A DNA stretch of 64,000 bases from Entomortierella parvispora E1425 (lineage: Eukaryota; Fungi; Mortierellomycota): assembly GCA_020891255.1 (NCBI GenBank), contig BQFW01000014.1, forward strand, positions 1,984,001-2,048,000. The letters run 5' to 3'. The position numbers and the translations under genes were made by a program. Of this stretch, positions 1 to 12,760 are shown piece after piece (positions within the stretch are counted from its first letter, which is position 1; each line of letters opens with the position of its first letter). The notes below the pieces were generated by a model. That model was not told the DNA's origin. It searched no databases and was given only the letters and a program-made list of their open reading frames with translations.

Positions 1-2
1 AA

Positions 3-593
3 GAACGAGAGAGACTTCGATCTGCGGAAACTCAAAGGCAATCAAGGTGGACCAGTGGTCCCTCTGCCGGGCCGAGTAAGATTGACGCCCTGTATGGAGC
101 AGGTCAAGCACGACCAAGACGACTTAAAGTTCCCGGGATTGATACTGATGAGGAAATAGCTGCATCAGCTCTTAGTGTGGAGGAGTTTGTAGCGTACAAT
201 TTTGTACAGGAAGTGAGCTACCAGAAAAGCGAGCAAAGTCGGCGCACAGGGGATCGGCCTCTGGCTCCTGTGAATGATCTGCAAGTAGCAGAGCAATTAT
301 TTTACCCGGGAGCTTCCTCCACAACTCAGACCTGTGTCGATGGCCTGTCAGCAGCACAGATACCAGGGAAACAGACCTGGGAGAACGAGTTCACCATCGA
401 ACAGCGAGAACAACCTCGCCTTCAGCATCGTGGAGCAGAATGGAACTGGGAAAGACTGTTTGGCAAGGATCCTCGCAAGGCGATAGCTCAATTGACGATT
501 GAGCAGAATCGCGGACACAGCAAAGACGAGTCGGAACGACTAAGGTCGGTGGCCCTTGCACGGCTCCAGGCCCTGTTCGGTCATCTGTCTTGA
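3..593 (+). CDS. 3' end of an unidentified protein-coding gene, truncated by the window edge
   Basis: Frame 3 is open from base 3 to TGA 591-593 (ERERLRSAETQ...ALARLQALFGHLS). No recognisable domain. Confidence 0.5.
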   Translation, partial: ERERLRSAETQRQSRWTSGPSAGPSKIDALYGAGQARPRRLKVPGIDTDEEIAASALSVEEFVAYNFVQEVSYQKSEQSRRTGDRPLAPVNDLQVAEQLFYPGASSTTQTCVDGLSAAQIPGKQTWENEFTIEQREQPRLQHRGAEWNWERLFGKDPRKAIAQLTIEQNRGHSKDESERLRSVALARLQALFGHLS

Positions 594-1034
594 CACCAAC
601 GCAGCCGGACGGAAAAGCAGACAGAAAAGCAGACGCTGTTGTCTGCATTGTTGCACAATTGTAGAGAAGATATACCATGATACCGAACTTGTACCATACA
701 TGAATAAATGACTAAAAAAATATGTCATTTCTGTCAGCTGACCAGAAAACTCACCATGTGTTCAATTCATTCGTTCATTGCTCATTGTTCCTTTGTCCTT
801 CTCTTCCTCTTCTTCTTCGTCTTTGTTCTCTCCGTATTCCTTTCTGTCTATATCTTTCAATCACCGCACGTTCTTTCTCCTCTCTCTCTCTCCCTCCCTC
901 CTTCCCTTCCTCTCTTGTACTGGCACAAATATATATCTGTCTTGTTCTTGTCGTAAAAAGGACCCTTTCCTCCCTGTCTCTATTTCACTTTCCCACAAGA
1001 GGAAACCTTCGCCCACCAAAGTCGAGCCCACACC

Positions 1035-4000
1035 ATGCTCGCATCAAAGTCCAGAGTCCTGCTCCTTGTCTCCATTGCAGCATGGCTCACGCTCATCACC
1101 TTGGCTGTGCCTGCCCTTGCCAGCGATGTCCATAAGGATGGGTACTGTGTCATGCGCGACAACTGCGGGAGCAAGCGTGTGTTTGGCAAGCAGCTTCCTT
1201 GCCCGTACAACCAAGAAGCAGTCGAGGTATGTCCACACGACACTCCGCGTCAGCAGGGCTGCGGGGCGTTTGTTGCCCGTCCTTCCTCCTTTTCTTTGCC
1301 GTTGCCGCCTTGCTCTTTTGCCTTACCCCTGCAGTGCTGTGTTGTTAACATTTTTTTATTCTTATCCTTTTTCTCGATCGACAAATAGCCCGACAAAGAG
1401 CTTCGCGAACTGCTCGTGTCGACCTGTGGCGCATCGTTTGAACATTCCAAAGCATGCTGCAGCCAGGATCAGCTTGAAGACTTGATCGCCTCTACAAAGC
1501 AAGCAGCACCCATGATATCAGCCTGCCCTGCCTGCTGGGCCAACTTTCTCAACTTCTTTTGCATTTTCACCTGTTCGCCCAACCAGTCAACTTTCCTGAA
1601 CGTCACTGCCACCGCAACGTCCACAGACAAGAAGGAAGTGGTCACCAAATTGGACTTCTTGGTTTCAGATCAGTACGGATCGGGCTTCTTTGACTCTTGC
1701 AAGGATGTCAAGTTCGCAGCCACAAATGGTTATGTCATGGACCTGATTGGCGGAGGAGCAAAGAATTGGCGTGAAATGGTCACGTTCATGGGGCGGGAGC
1801 GGGAACCTCTTGGCTCGCCTTTCCAAATCGACTTCCCGGTCGAGGATCCCCAAAACATCCTGACGCCTTTCTCTGGTGTTACTCGTCAGTGCAATGACAC
1901 GGATGTGCAGTACCGGTGCTCGTGTGTCGATTGTCTACCCGTCTGCCCGGTGCTTCCTCCGACTGCAGACGAAAATCCACCCTGCAAGCTCTTTGGCGTG
2001 TCTTGCTGGAGCTTTTCTCTCTCGTTCGTCTACACAGCAACATTGGGCATCGCCATCGCAATGCTTGTGGTCAGAAGGAGAATCAATGCCGCCAAGGATC
2101 TTATTGGATTCGACACTGTAAACAGAAGTGATGAAGACGAGGACGAGGATAGCAGACATTTGTTGGATCCTGACCAATACACCAGTCGCTATGTTGTCAG
2201 TGCGCTCTTGCAGGAGTGGTTTTACCATCAAGGATACCTTTGTGCCAAACACGCTTGGAGAACTATTGGAATCTGCTTTGGATTGGTGGCCTTCTTTTCT
2301 CTTGGTTGGTCACGATTTGGAGTGGAGACCGATCCAGTCAAGCTGTGGGTAGCGCCTGACTCTATTAGTGCAACTCAGAAGGCCATCTTTGATCAGAACT
2401 TTGGGCCATTCTATCGCACAGCGCAGATCATTGTATCATACAAGGATGGCAAGGATTCGATTGTGGATGAAAAGTCGTTCCGAAGACTCTTCCAAATCAA
2501 CGACCACGTCAAAGCTTTGAAAACCAAGGACGGCATCTCCTTACAAGATATCTGCCTTCAGCCCACTGGCGAAGGTTGTGTGATCCAGTCCCCGACCGGA
2601 TACTGGCAGGATGACATCGGCAGGTTCACATCATCTTGGGAAAGCGATTTCGAAGGCTGCACTAACAACCCAGCGGATTGCCTACCTGAATTCCAGCAGC
2701 CACTGAAACCCGATATCATCTTGGGAGGTTTCGACCACGAGGATTATTCTCATGCAAAGGCGTTTATCATCACATACGTGATTCAGAATTCTCTCAACAC
2801 CACCATAACGGACATTGCTCATCAATGGGAGTTGCACTACCTGGATTTCATGGATGACCTCGTCCACAACCGGGTGGAGGGCATCCCTACCGAAGACCTT
2901 CGGATCTCATATTCTTCAGAATCATCATTGGAGATTGAGCTCAACAAATCTAGCAACACCGATGTGCGAACTGTCATCCTTTCTTATCTGGTCATGTTCT
3001 TGTACGCCTCGTTGGCACTTGGACGTTTCCAGATTGCATCACCTCGGCGGATGATCATTGACTCCAAGTTCACGCTGGGTATGAGCGGCATTTTTATTGT
3101 CCTGGCATCCATTTCGACATCTGTTGGAATCTTTTCCTTCCTTGGATACAAGATCACATTGATTATCGCAGAAGTCATTCCGTTTTTGGTCCTGGCTGTT
3201 GGCGTGGACAATATCTTCATCCTCTGTCACGAGTTCGAGCGAAGAAAGATGAACCATCCCGAGGAGACTATCGAAGAATGTGCTGGAAAGACACTGGGTC
3301 GTATGGGTCCTAGTATCTTGCTGAGTGCATTGAGTGAAACGATTGCTTTTGGGCTTGGAGGCATGGTGACGATGCCTGCAGTGAGCGTGTTCGCCATGTA
3401 CGCTGCCATGGCTGTGTGGGTCGACTTTTTGCTTCAAGTGACGGCATTCATCTCGTGCATTGCGCTAGATGCCCAAAGAACTGAAGAGGATCGTATCGAT
3501 TGCGTTCCTTGCATCCAGATTCAGGCTCCACAAGCCATGGATACCGAAGGCACACTCCCAGCCTGGGTTCGCAAATATTATGGTCCCTTGATCCTTAACG
3601 GCTCTGTTAAGAAGATTGTGGTGGCAGCTTTCCTGGGCCTGTTAACACTGGGTCTGTGTCTTACGCCTAGCATTGAGATTGGTCTTGGTAAATATTGCAA
3701 TAATTTTGTTTGAGCAGGCCCCAGTTGCCCGTACGCTGTACTAATATCTCGCTCTATGCTTTAGATCAACGACTGGCTCTCCCTAGCGATTCTTACATGG
3801 TTCAATTCTTTAACGACCTAGATGGCTACTTCCGCGTAGGACCTCCTGTGTATTTCGTTGTACAGGACGATGATGTAACCACGCGGCATGGTCAGCAACA
3901 GGTCTGTGCTCGATTTTCAACATGCTCCGATTCCTCCATTGCAAATGTACTGGAGCAGGAACGGAAGAGACCCAACGTTTCCTTTATTGAGCAGCCGGCA

Positions 4001-5246
4001 TCCGTTTGGATTGATGATTTCCTCCACTGGCTCAACCCTGCTATCGAAACCTGCTGCCGATTCAGGAAAAACGATCCTACCAAGCCTTGCGGACCATGGG
4101 ATGACGAGGATGAGTGCCAGGTGTGTTACGCGGACAAGGATCCAGGCTGGAATATCTCCATGAATGGATTGCCAGAGGGTGCAGAGTTCATGAAATACTT
4201 GGGCGAGTGGCTCAAGGCCTCGCCTGATGAGTACTGTCCTCTTGCAGGAAAAGCTGCCTACGCTGATGCGATTAAGCTGAACGCGGCTGGGGACAAGGTC
4301 AAAATGTCCCACTTTAGGACCTATCACACCCCTATGCGGAATCAACACGACTTTATTGCTGGATACAAATCTGCTCATAGAATTGCAGATCAGGTCTCAA
4401 AGGACACCGGTACCACGGTCTTCCCGTACTCAGTCTTTTACATCTTCTTCGAGCAATACGTCGACATTGTGCCTCTCACTGTCCGACTTTTGCTCGTGGC
4501 AATGATTTCCGTCGGATTGGTCACAGCAGGAGTGCTTGGATCGATAAAAGTCGCTCTTCTGGTCGTTGGCGTCGTTGCAATGATTATGGTGGATGTGGTT
4601 GGCGCCATGGTGCTGATGAATGTGTCCTTGAACGCAATTTCGCTCGTGAACCTGGTCATTTGTGTGGGTATTAGTGTTGAATTTTGTTCCCATATTGCCC
4701 GTGCAACCGTGGAAGCCGAAGGTTCCCCAGATGAGCGCGTGTTCTCCGCGTTGGTGGAGGTTGGAAGTTCGGTAAGCCTTATTTTAAGAGGTTGCGTACG
4801 ATCCATTGCCTCCCAATCTCGTCTGACATTGAACTCTCTCTTTTTTGCTGTAGGTCTTTTCTGGAATCACTCTGACAAAGTTCCTGGGAATCTTTGTGCT
4901 AGCTTTCACGAGGTCAAAGATCTTTGAAGTATACTATTTCCGTATGTATCTTGCCATCGTTGTTATCGGCGCTCTTCATGGACTTGTCCTATTGCCAGTC
5001 TTACTGAGCTATATCAAGACTGAGAGGCCGAGATTCATGGCTGCAGGAGCACGTTCATTGAGCTGGCCATCCGCATCACTCTCGGCTTCTTCTCGACGAG
5101 GTCTTCGGGAAGGCCGGAGGCTGCTTCAGACAGGAGCTGACTCTGATGATGATGAGAATGATGATGTTCAACAGGCGGTGGCTCATGAGCTCCCTAGATC
5201 ACGGAACGGGGCCAACCCAACCTCGAATAACGGAGGAAGACGATAG
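1035..5246 (+). CDS. NCR1: Niemann-Pick C1-like sterol transporter, 4 exons (1035-1226, 1389-3687, 3765-4771, 4854-5246)
   Basis: Signal peptide, Cys-rich NPC1 N-terminal domain ([21 protein letters not shown]), sterol-sensing domain ([18 protein letters not shown]), C-terminal luminal and TM domains. Three GT-AG introns join the exons in frame. Confidence 0.95.
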
Positions 5247-5351
5247 ATGTGTATTAATAGATGTAATAAACAGATCAAAATTCTGCGAGTGCATTCTCGG
5301 CCACGGTAGCACCCCATCCCACTTTGGATATTTCGAGTAATTGACGCATCG

Positions 5352-7199
5352 CTACTGGAAGAACGGCATAGTATCAAGCATGAGACGGGAGGGGACGAAT
5401 GCAGTTGTTGTGGAGAAGACTTTATTTTGCTCGCAGACATTGTGTAGAAGGCTTAAACGAGAGTCCAGCCCGCTCTGATACGATGCCACCAAGGATACCT
5501 TACTGCATCTTTTTGTACGTTTTTTTTGCAGAGACTCGTCTTGCAAGTAGTCTGACCCCAAGAATTCCGTCTTTCCAGCGTAACCCCAGCAAGCTTCTCG
5601 AGCGCCTTCCCATGCATGTGGTCCCACCAGTCGATATTGAAGAGGTATGGGTGGCACAAAAACCGTTTCTGACTTGAACCTCAAGCCCTCAATTAGTCCG
5701 AACCGTCGGATAAGCTTTGCGAGATCATCGCAATAAGTTGAATAGTCAACCTGGATTGTACAGCGTGGCGCGTCATCATATCTGTTTCGAATATATGCTT
5801 TCAAATCTTGGATTTCTTATCCATTTGCTTCTCCGATAGCAGGGGTACGGTCGTCTTGCCAACAGGGTTTGAACCAGGAATCTAAATTGCATCTCGGATA
5901 TGGGCATGATGGCGCCCAATGGTTAGATAAGACCCACGAAAGCGAAGTTGGGGTGCCTAGGAGGGATCATATAGTTCCAGACCCAAACTTGAGGGTTGAG
6001 CTCAGCTTCTTTGGTCAAGGCAGGGCTGTCTATTTCTCGACCATCAGAAAGGACAACGGGATCCAGAATTGGGAAGTGATGTGATATCATGTGCAATAAA
6101 TGATTGCATCGATATCATACACTGTCGTCCCGTCCTCAAACTCGACTTTCTTCCTTGATCCTAGTTTACGAATGTTCTGCATAGGTAGCACAGTGCCCGT
6201 ACTGATTCGTTCCGGCAAAAGAGTGTTGATAGTTGGATGAGATGCAAATGGCATCTTGACCGGTGGTATAATCTTATGCGCTGGTGGTAAGACAATGGAA
6301 CCATTTGCCGAAAATCGGGTTTCGGGCATGGTCGAGTGGCTTCCCCAGCAACCATCGGGGAGCAACCCATGCTGGACGCCTGCGAGACAAATAGACCTGA
6401 GATTGGTTCATCGACAACTCGACAGCAAGATCGACAGCGCTGTTACCCAAGCCCACAACGAGGACATTTTTGTTTCGGAAAGAATCAGCCTGTCGATAGA
6501 ATGGAATGCATCTGATTGCCAGTATATGACTCGTGGTCTGAAGGATCCATGCATTTGAAGGTCGGATATCGTGGGCTCTAGTGATGACCAGAACACATCA
6601 TCATGTAGTCAAAGATCTCGTCATTGGTTTTGGGATGGTTTTCGTTGTTTGTACCGACGGGATGAGATCGAACTAGTCATCGCTTTTGAAAGTCATGTAT
6701 CTGAATCGAATATGGCGCCTAAGATTGAAGTGGTCGGCGCACATGTCAAAATACCTGGCTACTTTTTTGATGGGCAAGTACGCTGGCCAGTCGCCTGGAA
6801 TGGCATAATCCGAAAAGGTCCGGTCCACGACTTTTGCTTTAAAGCAACGGTATTTTGACACCTTGGCCGCGGCTTTACATCATTTCCTTTGATGTGTTGA
6901 TAATGGTACTCTTGTAGATGGAGGAATGGGGATTCGGATTCTCATCAGATATCTCGACATAACGCCATAGTCCACCTAGGAACCCTTCCTGCTCAAACCC
7001 GACAACCTCGATATGTTCAGGTTCATCGAGACATTCTTTCAGTGCGGCGAGTCCAGATGCACCTTGTAATAATATAGCGCAGAAAAGAGAAGAATAAGAG
7101 TTAAGAATGCAGAAGAGTTCAGGGTGCATGGACGTAGCTGCTCAGCTTACCCGCCCCAATGACGGCGACTCGTCACTTGACACTGAATGAGATGGTCAT
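5352..7199 (-). pseudogene. Flavin-containing monooxygenase (FMO) pseudogene; the lower boundary is approximate
   Basis: Motifs RVAVIGAG/ASGLAALKECL, NTSKEMM-TFSDY, MCSGHH, VLVVGLGNSAVDLAVELS, PLGAIMPISEMQ, RCTIQVDY. Lesions: TGA at 7175-7173, acceptor AG>CG at 6822-6821, TAG at 6580-6578, frameshift after HS near 6500, TGA at 6089-6087, TAA at 5925-5923. Confidence 0.9.
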
Positions 7200-7287
7200 G
7201 AGGAGGTTTGATGGCGGGAATGAAGACGCACGATAAGCTACCATTTACACCATTTACACGAACAGTCAAGGAAAAATTCAGTTATTT

Positions 7288-8993
7288 TTATTTCTTAACA
7301 ACCTTCTTCTTAGGCACGTTCGCTTTGACCTTGGTCTTTCCCTTCTTAATGCCAAGATCGACCTTGGCTCCTTTCTGTGAGCGCTCGCCTTCGACAATAG
7401 CCCCAGTCTTCTTCTTCATCAAGATATGTTTTTCCTTTGTCTTGCGATCCTTGAAAGCCAGACGTTTAGCAGCGCCGTCCATGACGATGGGTGCATGCTG
7501 AGCTCTGGTAGCACCCTTTCCGTCTTTACCTTTGGTGTGTGCTACGGCCGTATTCGACCTGGGACCCATACCATTTGTCTTGGCCTCCTCTTCCAATCGC
7601 TTACAACGGACCACACGCAACTTACGTGTCCCCATCTTGGTGTCATGAAGTCTGAGGGCCATATCCACTGAAGCACGATCCTGGAACTGCACATACGCGA
7701 ATCCCTTGCCGAGGTTTGTTTTCTTATCGCGGATAATACGAACATTCTCGATATCTCCAGAGTCCTTGAAAAAGTTCCAAAGATCTTCTTCCTGTGCATC
7801 AAAGCTCAAGTTGCCGACGAAAACACTCTTCTTAGGTTGGTGATTCTAATGACATACAAATCAATCAGTTAACATAGGTACTCAAGATTTGGGAATACAA
7901 TCTAACCTTTCAACCCCTTCCTGTTACCTTGGCGCCAGCAACTGTATCGACACGAATGTGCTTGGTGAGAAAGAGCTGTCCGTTCATGGCCTTGACAGCC
8001 TTATCAACAGAGTCCTTGTTTGCAAATACAATATAAGCATTGACAACATCGCGCTCTGGGTGCAGCTTTCCAGTGATGAAGGCAATCTTTCGCGGCAAAA
8101 GCTCTGCAAAAGCAATGGAACGGAATCGGATAGACTCTACCGCTCCAAATGCTGCGAAAGTAGACTTGAGTTTCCTGAAGTCGCCTTTGGTCATAGAGGT
8201 AACTGGCAAATTTCCAACAAAGACGGTCCTTGCCTGTCGCTCAGGATCGTCCGACTTCTTGGTGCCATCCTTGTTGGCGTCAGGTGAGGCGTCCTCATCA
8301 TCAGAATCCCCCACTGTGCTGGATTTTGCTCTCTTGGCGGCAGTCTTCTGTTTCTTCAATACCTCTTTGGAAGACTCGACTTCTGGAGGGCTAGTCGCGG
8401 CCTTTCGCTTGTTGCTGACTGGCGCTTTGCGAAGAGACTCGTGAACCAAATCCTCAATCTTGGACTCCTCCATGTCCACATCTTCACCATAGTCGTGTGT
8501 CGATTGTTGTTGCACGAGCTCCTGGGTCTGCTTTGGTGCCTCTTTTGATTTCGTAGACTTCTTAGGTGCGGCCGCCAACTTTGCTTCGTATTTCGCCTCG
8601 ACACTAACTTTGCCCTTTTTGCTTGTGATATTCTCCTCATCGGCGTCCTCATCATCAAAATCCTCGACCTGATCCTCCTTCACAGGAGCTCCAGCATTCT
8701 TGTTCTTTCTTGGGACTGGGGTGGTCTTAGGCTTTGGAGTCTTCTGTTTCTTTTTAATCTCTTCGGTCATGTCTTCTGGGTATGGCTGGCGGACCTTGGC
8801 GGCAATAGGCGCTGTAGCCTTTGATGGTCCAGCCTGTTTAAATAAAATGAAACGTGATTTATCAGAACAAGGAGGACGTTCTCTGCGATTTATGTGATCA
8901 GCAATTGGAGCAAATTCATACACTGTTCTTGAATAGCGAGTCCAAAGAGGAGTCGACGGCCTTTCCGCCGAGAAGAGCAGAGGTCAGCGACAT
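7288..8993 (-). CDS. NOP12: Nucleolar two-RRM ribosome-biogenesis protein Nop12/RBM34, 3 exons (8993-8922, 8833-7928, 7845-7288)
   Basis: [10 protein letters not shown]...LDSLFKNS N-terminus, K/E-rich linker, RRM1 (RTVFVGNL...ESIRFRS...NAYIVF), RRM2 (SVFVGNLSF...[11 protein letters not shown]), basic tail. GT-AG introns are in frame. Confidence 0.9.
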
Positions 8994-9125
8994 TGTTAGA
9001 TGAATGTAGGTGCAAGGAATGGGGTGGGACCTGTGTAAGTAAAAGCCAACAAAGAAAAAGAAAAAAAAAGTTGTTATTGTGTCGGTGGCTTATCAAAGAT
9101 AGCAGTCATACAAATTCCAGTACAG

Positions 9126-9240
9126 CACGTGACCGATTTTCGCGCGCGGCCGGCCCTGCATTGCGACACTCGTTTGTCTTTGTGCATCTCTCTGCTCACA
9201 AAGCCCTGCCGAGATTCAGCCTAAAGCCCTGCCGAGATTC
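9126..9240. promoter_or_regulatory. Candidate elements in the divergent NOP12/Sds3-like promoter
   Basis: CACGTG (9126-9131), TTTTCGCGC E2F-like site (9137-9145) and two copies of AAAGCCCTGCCGAGATTC between about 9200 and 9240. Confidence 0.3.
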
Positions 9241-9563
9241 CTTGCCGTACCCGCCTCTCCTCGCACCTGCGATTTAGCTCTGTGGCCGCCAGCAATCATA
9301 CCGACACCTGCTCCCTAACTCTTTTCGACTCCCTGCCTTTACCCACTTATCAGCATTTGCAGTGCAGTCAATTCAGCTTGCCATTTCTCCTCCAGCAGTC
9401 ATCTCTTCTCACCTCCAAACAGTGCACAACTATTATTCAAGCGACAGTTCAGCTCTCCTGGATTGCTTTCGACACTTTTGAAGGCCGCGGCACTGCTTGT
9501 ATCGCAAAGTATCCCCAGAGGATCTGCTGAATTCAAGCAATCTGTGAGTGAACAGGATAACAC

Positions 9564-12408
9564 ATGAGGAGTGTCGACAAAGATAGACCTCTATCAAATC
9601 AGGAAACAGAGGATTCTACTGTTCGAGAAATGGATTCGAACAAAGGTCTATCGGCAGGCGACCAAAGCTCAGATGCTTCAGAGGTCAATGATCTGAAAAT
9701 GGAGACAGGCAACGAAACAAAGCCTACACTTGGTGAACAAAAAATGGAAGAGGCTTCGCCGCAGCTCGATACCGATGTAATACAGACAACAAGGGAGGGA
9801 TCGCCTTCTCCAATTCGGACGGCAAGCGGGGATATTGATCAGTTTGATCTCGATGGGGGACTTTTGGATGGTGCCCTTGATGATTATGATGATCTGGATC
9901 AAGATACTGAAGACACTGAGGTTGGAAATGGCGAAAACGACCACGATTTCAGTGGTGATGATGACGATGATGATGACGACGATGGTATCGGCAGGGGTGA
10001 GAATGGTGAGGAAGAGGAGGATGAACCGAACGACTCAGATAATCGACCAAGAAAGCTAAACAAGCCCCCATCCCCGGGATTTACCCACGCCAAAGTCAAT
10101 GCCCAAAGCCTGGCTAGATCGGCGGATCCTGTGCACTCTGAAGACTCTGATAGCGATGTCCATATGGAAGGTAGCTATGCCGACGAGGAGGAATATGGCC
10201 GTGATAGGGAAGCTGAAGAGGATCATGAGGACGACGAAGATGACGAAGATGATGAAGATGGAAGTGAACCAAAGTCAACCCCCAAGAAAATCGGGACAAT
10301 TTCTCAGAAACCAGTGCTCAACCGGCCTTCAATTTCAATGGTTGATGATCTGAAAGACAGTGGGGACGAACTGTCTGACCTCTCCGAATTCGATGATACG
10401 GACGATTCAGACGAGGAGGCACTGCAGCAAACAGGAAGCCCCCTCACTTCGAGCTCACCTAGCATGAGTAGCGTTCCTGCAACAGAACCTGTCGACCTTG
10501 TGCCCACGACCGTTGCTATTGGCAAGAGTTCAAAGAATCTGGGAAATCGGAAAAGGGTCTCGCTTGGAGCGCTTCAGGAGAGCGAGAATCAACCTGACGC
10601 AACGGAGACAGTGTCAGATAAGACGGATCAAACATCGGACACTCCCAATAGCCGGTCACGGCCGCTGGAGACGTCTCTTCGGGGCAGGAAGGCATCAATG
10701 ACAGCGGATATTAAGAGGGTTGAGTCAGGAACCGAACCGCTTGAACCAGTTGAGGATGAAGAAGAGGAAGAGGAAGAGGAAGAGGAGGAAGAAGATGAAA
10801 AGGTGGCCGAAGTGGATAATGTCAATGAGTTAGGCACGGGTGGAGATGAAGAAGAAGGTATGTTGAGCGATGCGGATGGTCACTGCACTCCTTGACAATG
10901 TTCCTAAACATTGATTTAACTCCCTGGGTAGATTTGGAGACGATACAGATACATAAGGATGCTCTTGACGCACTTACAAGTATAGAAGTGGAATTTGCCA
11001 ACCTTCGAGATAAGTACGTATACATCCCCCTCGATAATTCTTATTGTCCTTGGAAATTGTATGCACTACTGATGATATTTGGAATTTCACTAGGATGTAC
11101 GAAGAGAGGATGACAGAACTAGATAAAGAAGTGGAAATGATCAATTCCGGTAAATGACTAGTTTAATCTGATCAAAAGACAGTAACAGGGGCGACATTAC
11201 TTATTAACTTTCCTGACTGTTCTAGGCACACATCCGGAACTATCGTCTTTGATGCAAGAGATTGTTCAGAAGCGGGAACTAAGATTGGCAGTGGCTGACA
11301 TGGGCAAGAAGCACAAGACTGATATTGCTCAACACCAATTTGACGTAACAGAATATCAGGCCTATTGCACTTTTCAGGTAATTCGATGCCAAGCTATGCC
11401 ATGCATTATTTAGCCGTGCCGCTAACGTTTCTCTGCCTCTTGTTTCATAAAATAGTCCTCACGGCGAAATGCGCGAGTGGAATTACTGCGAGAGCTTGGA
11501 CGAAAGCAAAGGCAGATGATGCTTGAACTTATGTTGCCATCTGATACCCTGAAGCGAAAAGGTAACGTAGATTAATGACGACGACAGGAAGAAGAGTACA
11601 CAGACAGTGGCTAACGCTGTTCATTCTCTTAGCTTCTGTAGATAGGCCCATCCTGATACGGCGTCGGAAACATAGGAAGATGGAAGCGACTGAGCTGCAG
11701 GCGATAAAAGAGCGGCGTGGATTCCCTGACATCGTCAAACTGTCCATGATTGGAACCAGTGAAATAGATGATGACTTTATAGCTATGGGGGTATGATATC
11801 CGTTTGTCCTCTAAGAAATTTGTGCATCAGCGCCCTATAAGTTGAAGCTAATCCTTTGTTATCCTAACCACACAGCTTTCTCAGCCTCCGCAACATCTCC
11901 TCTTCACTTCAAAGCAAGAATCGACGCTTTTGCCCTCATCAGATGACCTTTCATCACCATCCTTGTCTTTAGCGAGCATGCAAATACCGTCTTCACAACG
12001 CAAACCCGGTGGTGGCTGGTCAGGCTCGACCGCCAATCCTCCATCAAATCCTATGTCTGGCAATTACACACAAACCTATGCTGAACCCAAACCAAAAATT
12101 GAAATCTATGTGGATGGGAATCGCTGTTTAATCGACGGAATATGGTATAAACCTGGAGATGCCGTTGTAGTATTGGATGCCGCCATTGGAAAATACAACG
12201 CGAAGTACATGTACCTGGCGCACGATGAGGTAAATACAAGTTGCTGCAGAAAGTTCTTAATTTTGGGCCTTGACTCTTACCCTCTCTTTTTTTTCTTTGT
12301 CTGACATGAAAACTCTAGATAGTACTGCAAAGAACTGACGGGTCAAAAACGAAACTGCATCTGAGTCTTTTCCGGGGACGAAAGCTGTGCATGCAACCGA
12401 AATCCTAG
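9564..12408 (+). CDS. Sds3/Dep1/BRMS1-family Sin3-HDAC subunit with a long acidic N-terminus, multi-exon
   Basis: After splicing at 10858-10931, 11014-11093 and further introns: HKDALDALTSIEVEFANLRDKMYEERMTELDKEVEMINSGTHPEL. The last exon 12319-12408 reads IVLQRTDGSKTKLHLSLFRGRKL. Confidence 0.75.
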
Positions 12409-12760
12409 TGCTCTCTACCTTTAAGATAGAAATAAAAAAGGAAAAAGGAACTGTATGACTGTATCACGTGTGGATACGATTTATTTACGTATGTAATATA
12501 TGTTGTAGGGCCATTTAACTTCCAGCATCATCAGATCTTTTCGCCTTCCCAATGTCCATATGACTATGCCGCTTTTTACAGCTCTTCTCTATTAGCGACA
12601 ACACTCTCCTAGGGGACTCTCTGTTAGTTTATAGATGCTAGTAGCCAGTGGCCAGCAAATGGACGGTGCGAATGGGCTGATTTGGATTAGGAGAAAGTGA
12701 TGAAATCTCAGGTACTTCTGAGTCATGAAGACACCAAGATGCTGATTCTCCACTCATTAT

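Noticed and set aside
708-1135. Hydrophobic ORFs upstream of NCR1
   Set aside because: They arise from CT-rich promoter/5' UTR sequence.
7173-7175. In-frame TGA at codon 9 of FMO as selenocysteine or readthrough
   Set aside because: The same gene has TAG and TAA stops, a frameshift and a broken splice site, so simple decay explains it.
9900-10860. GAT/GAA/GAG repeats as a separate repeat element
   Set aside because: They encode the acidic low-complexity region of the Sds3-like protein.
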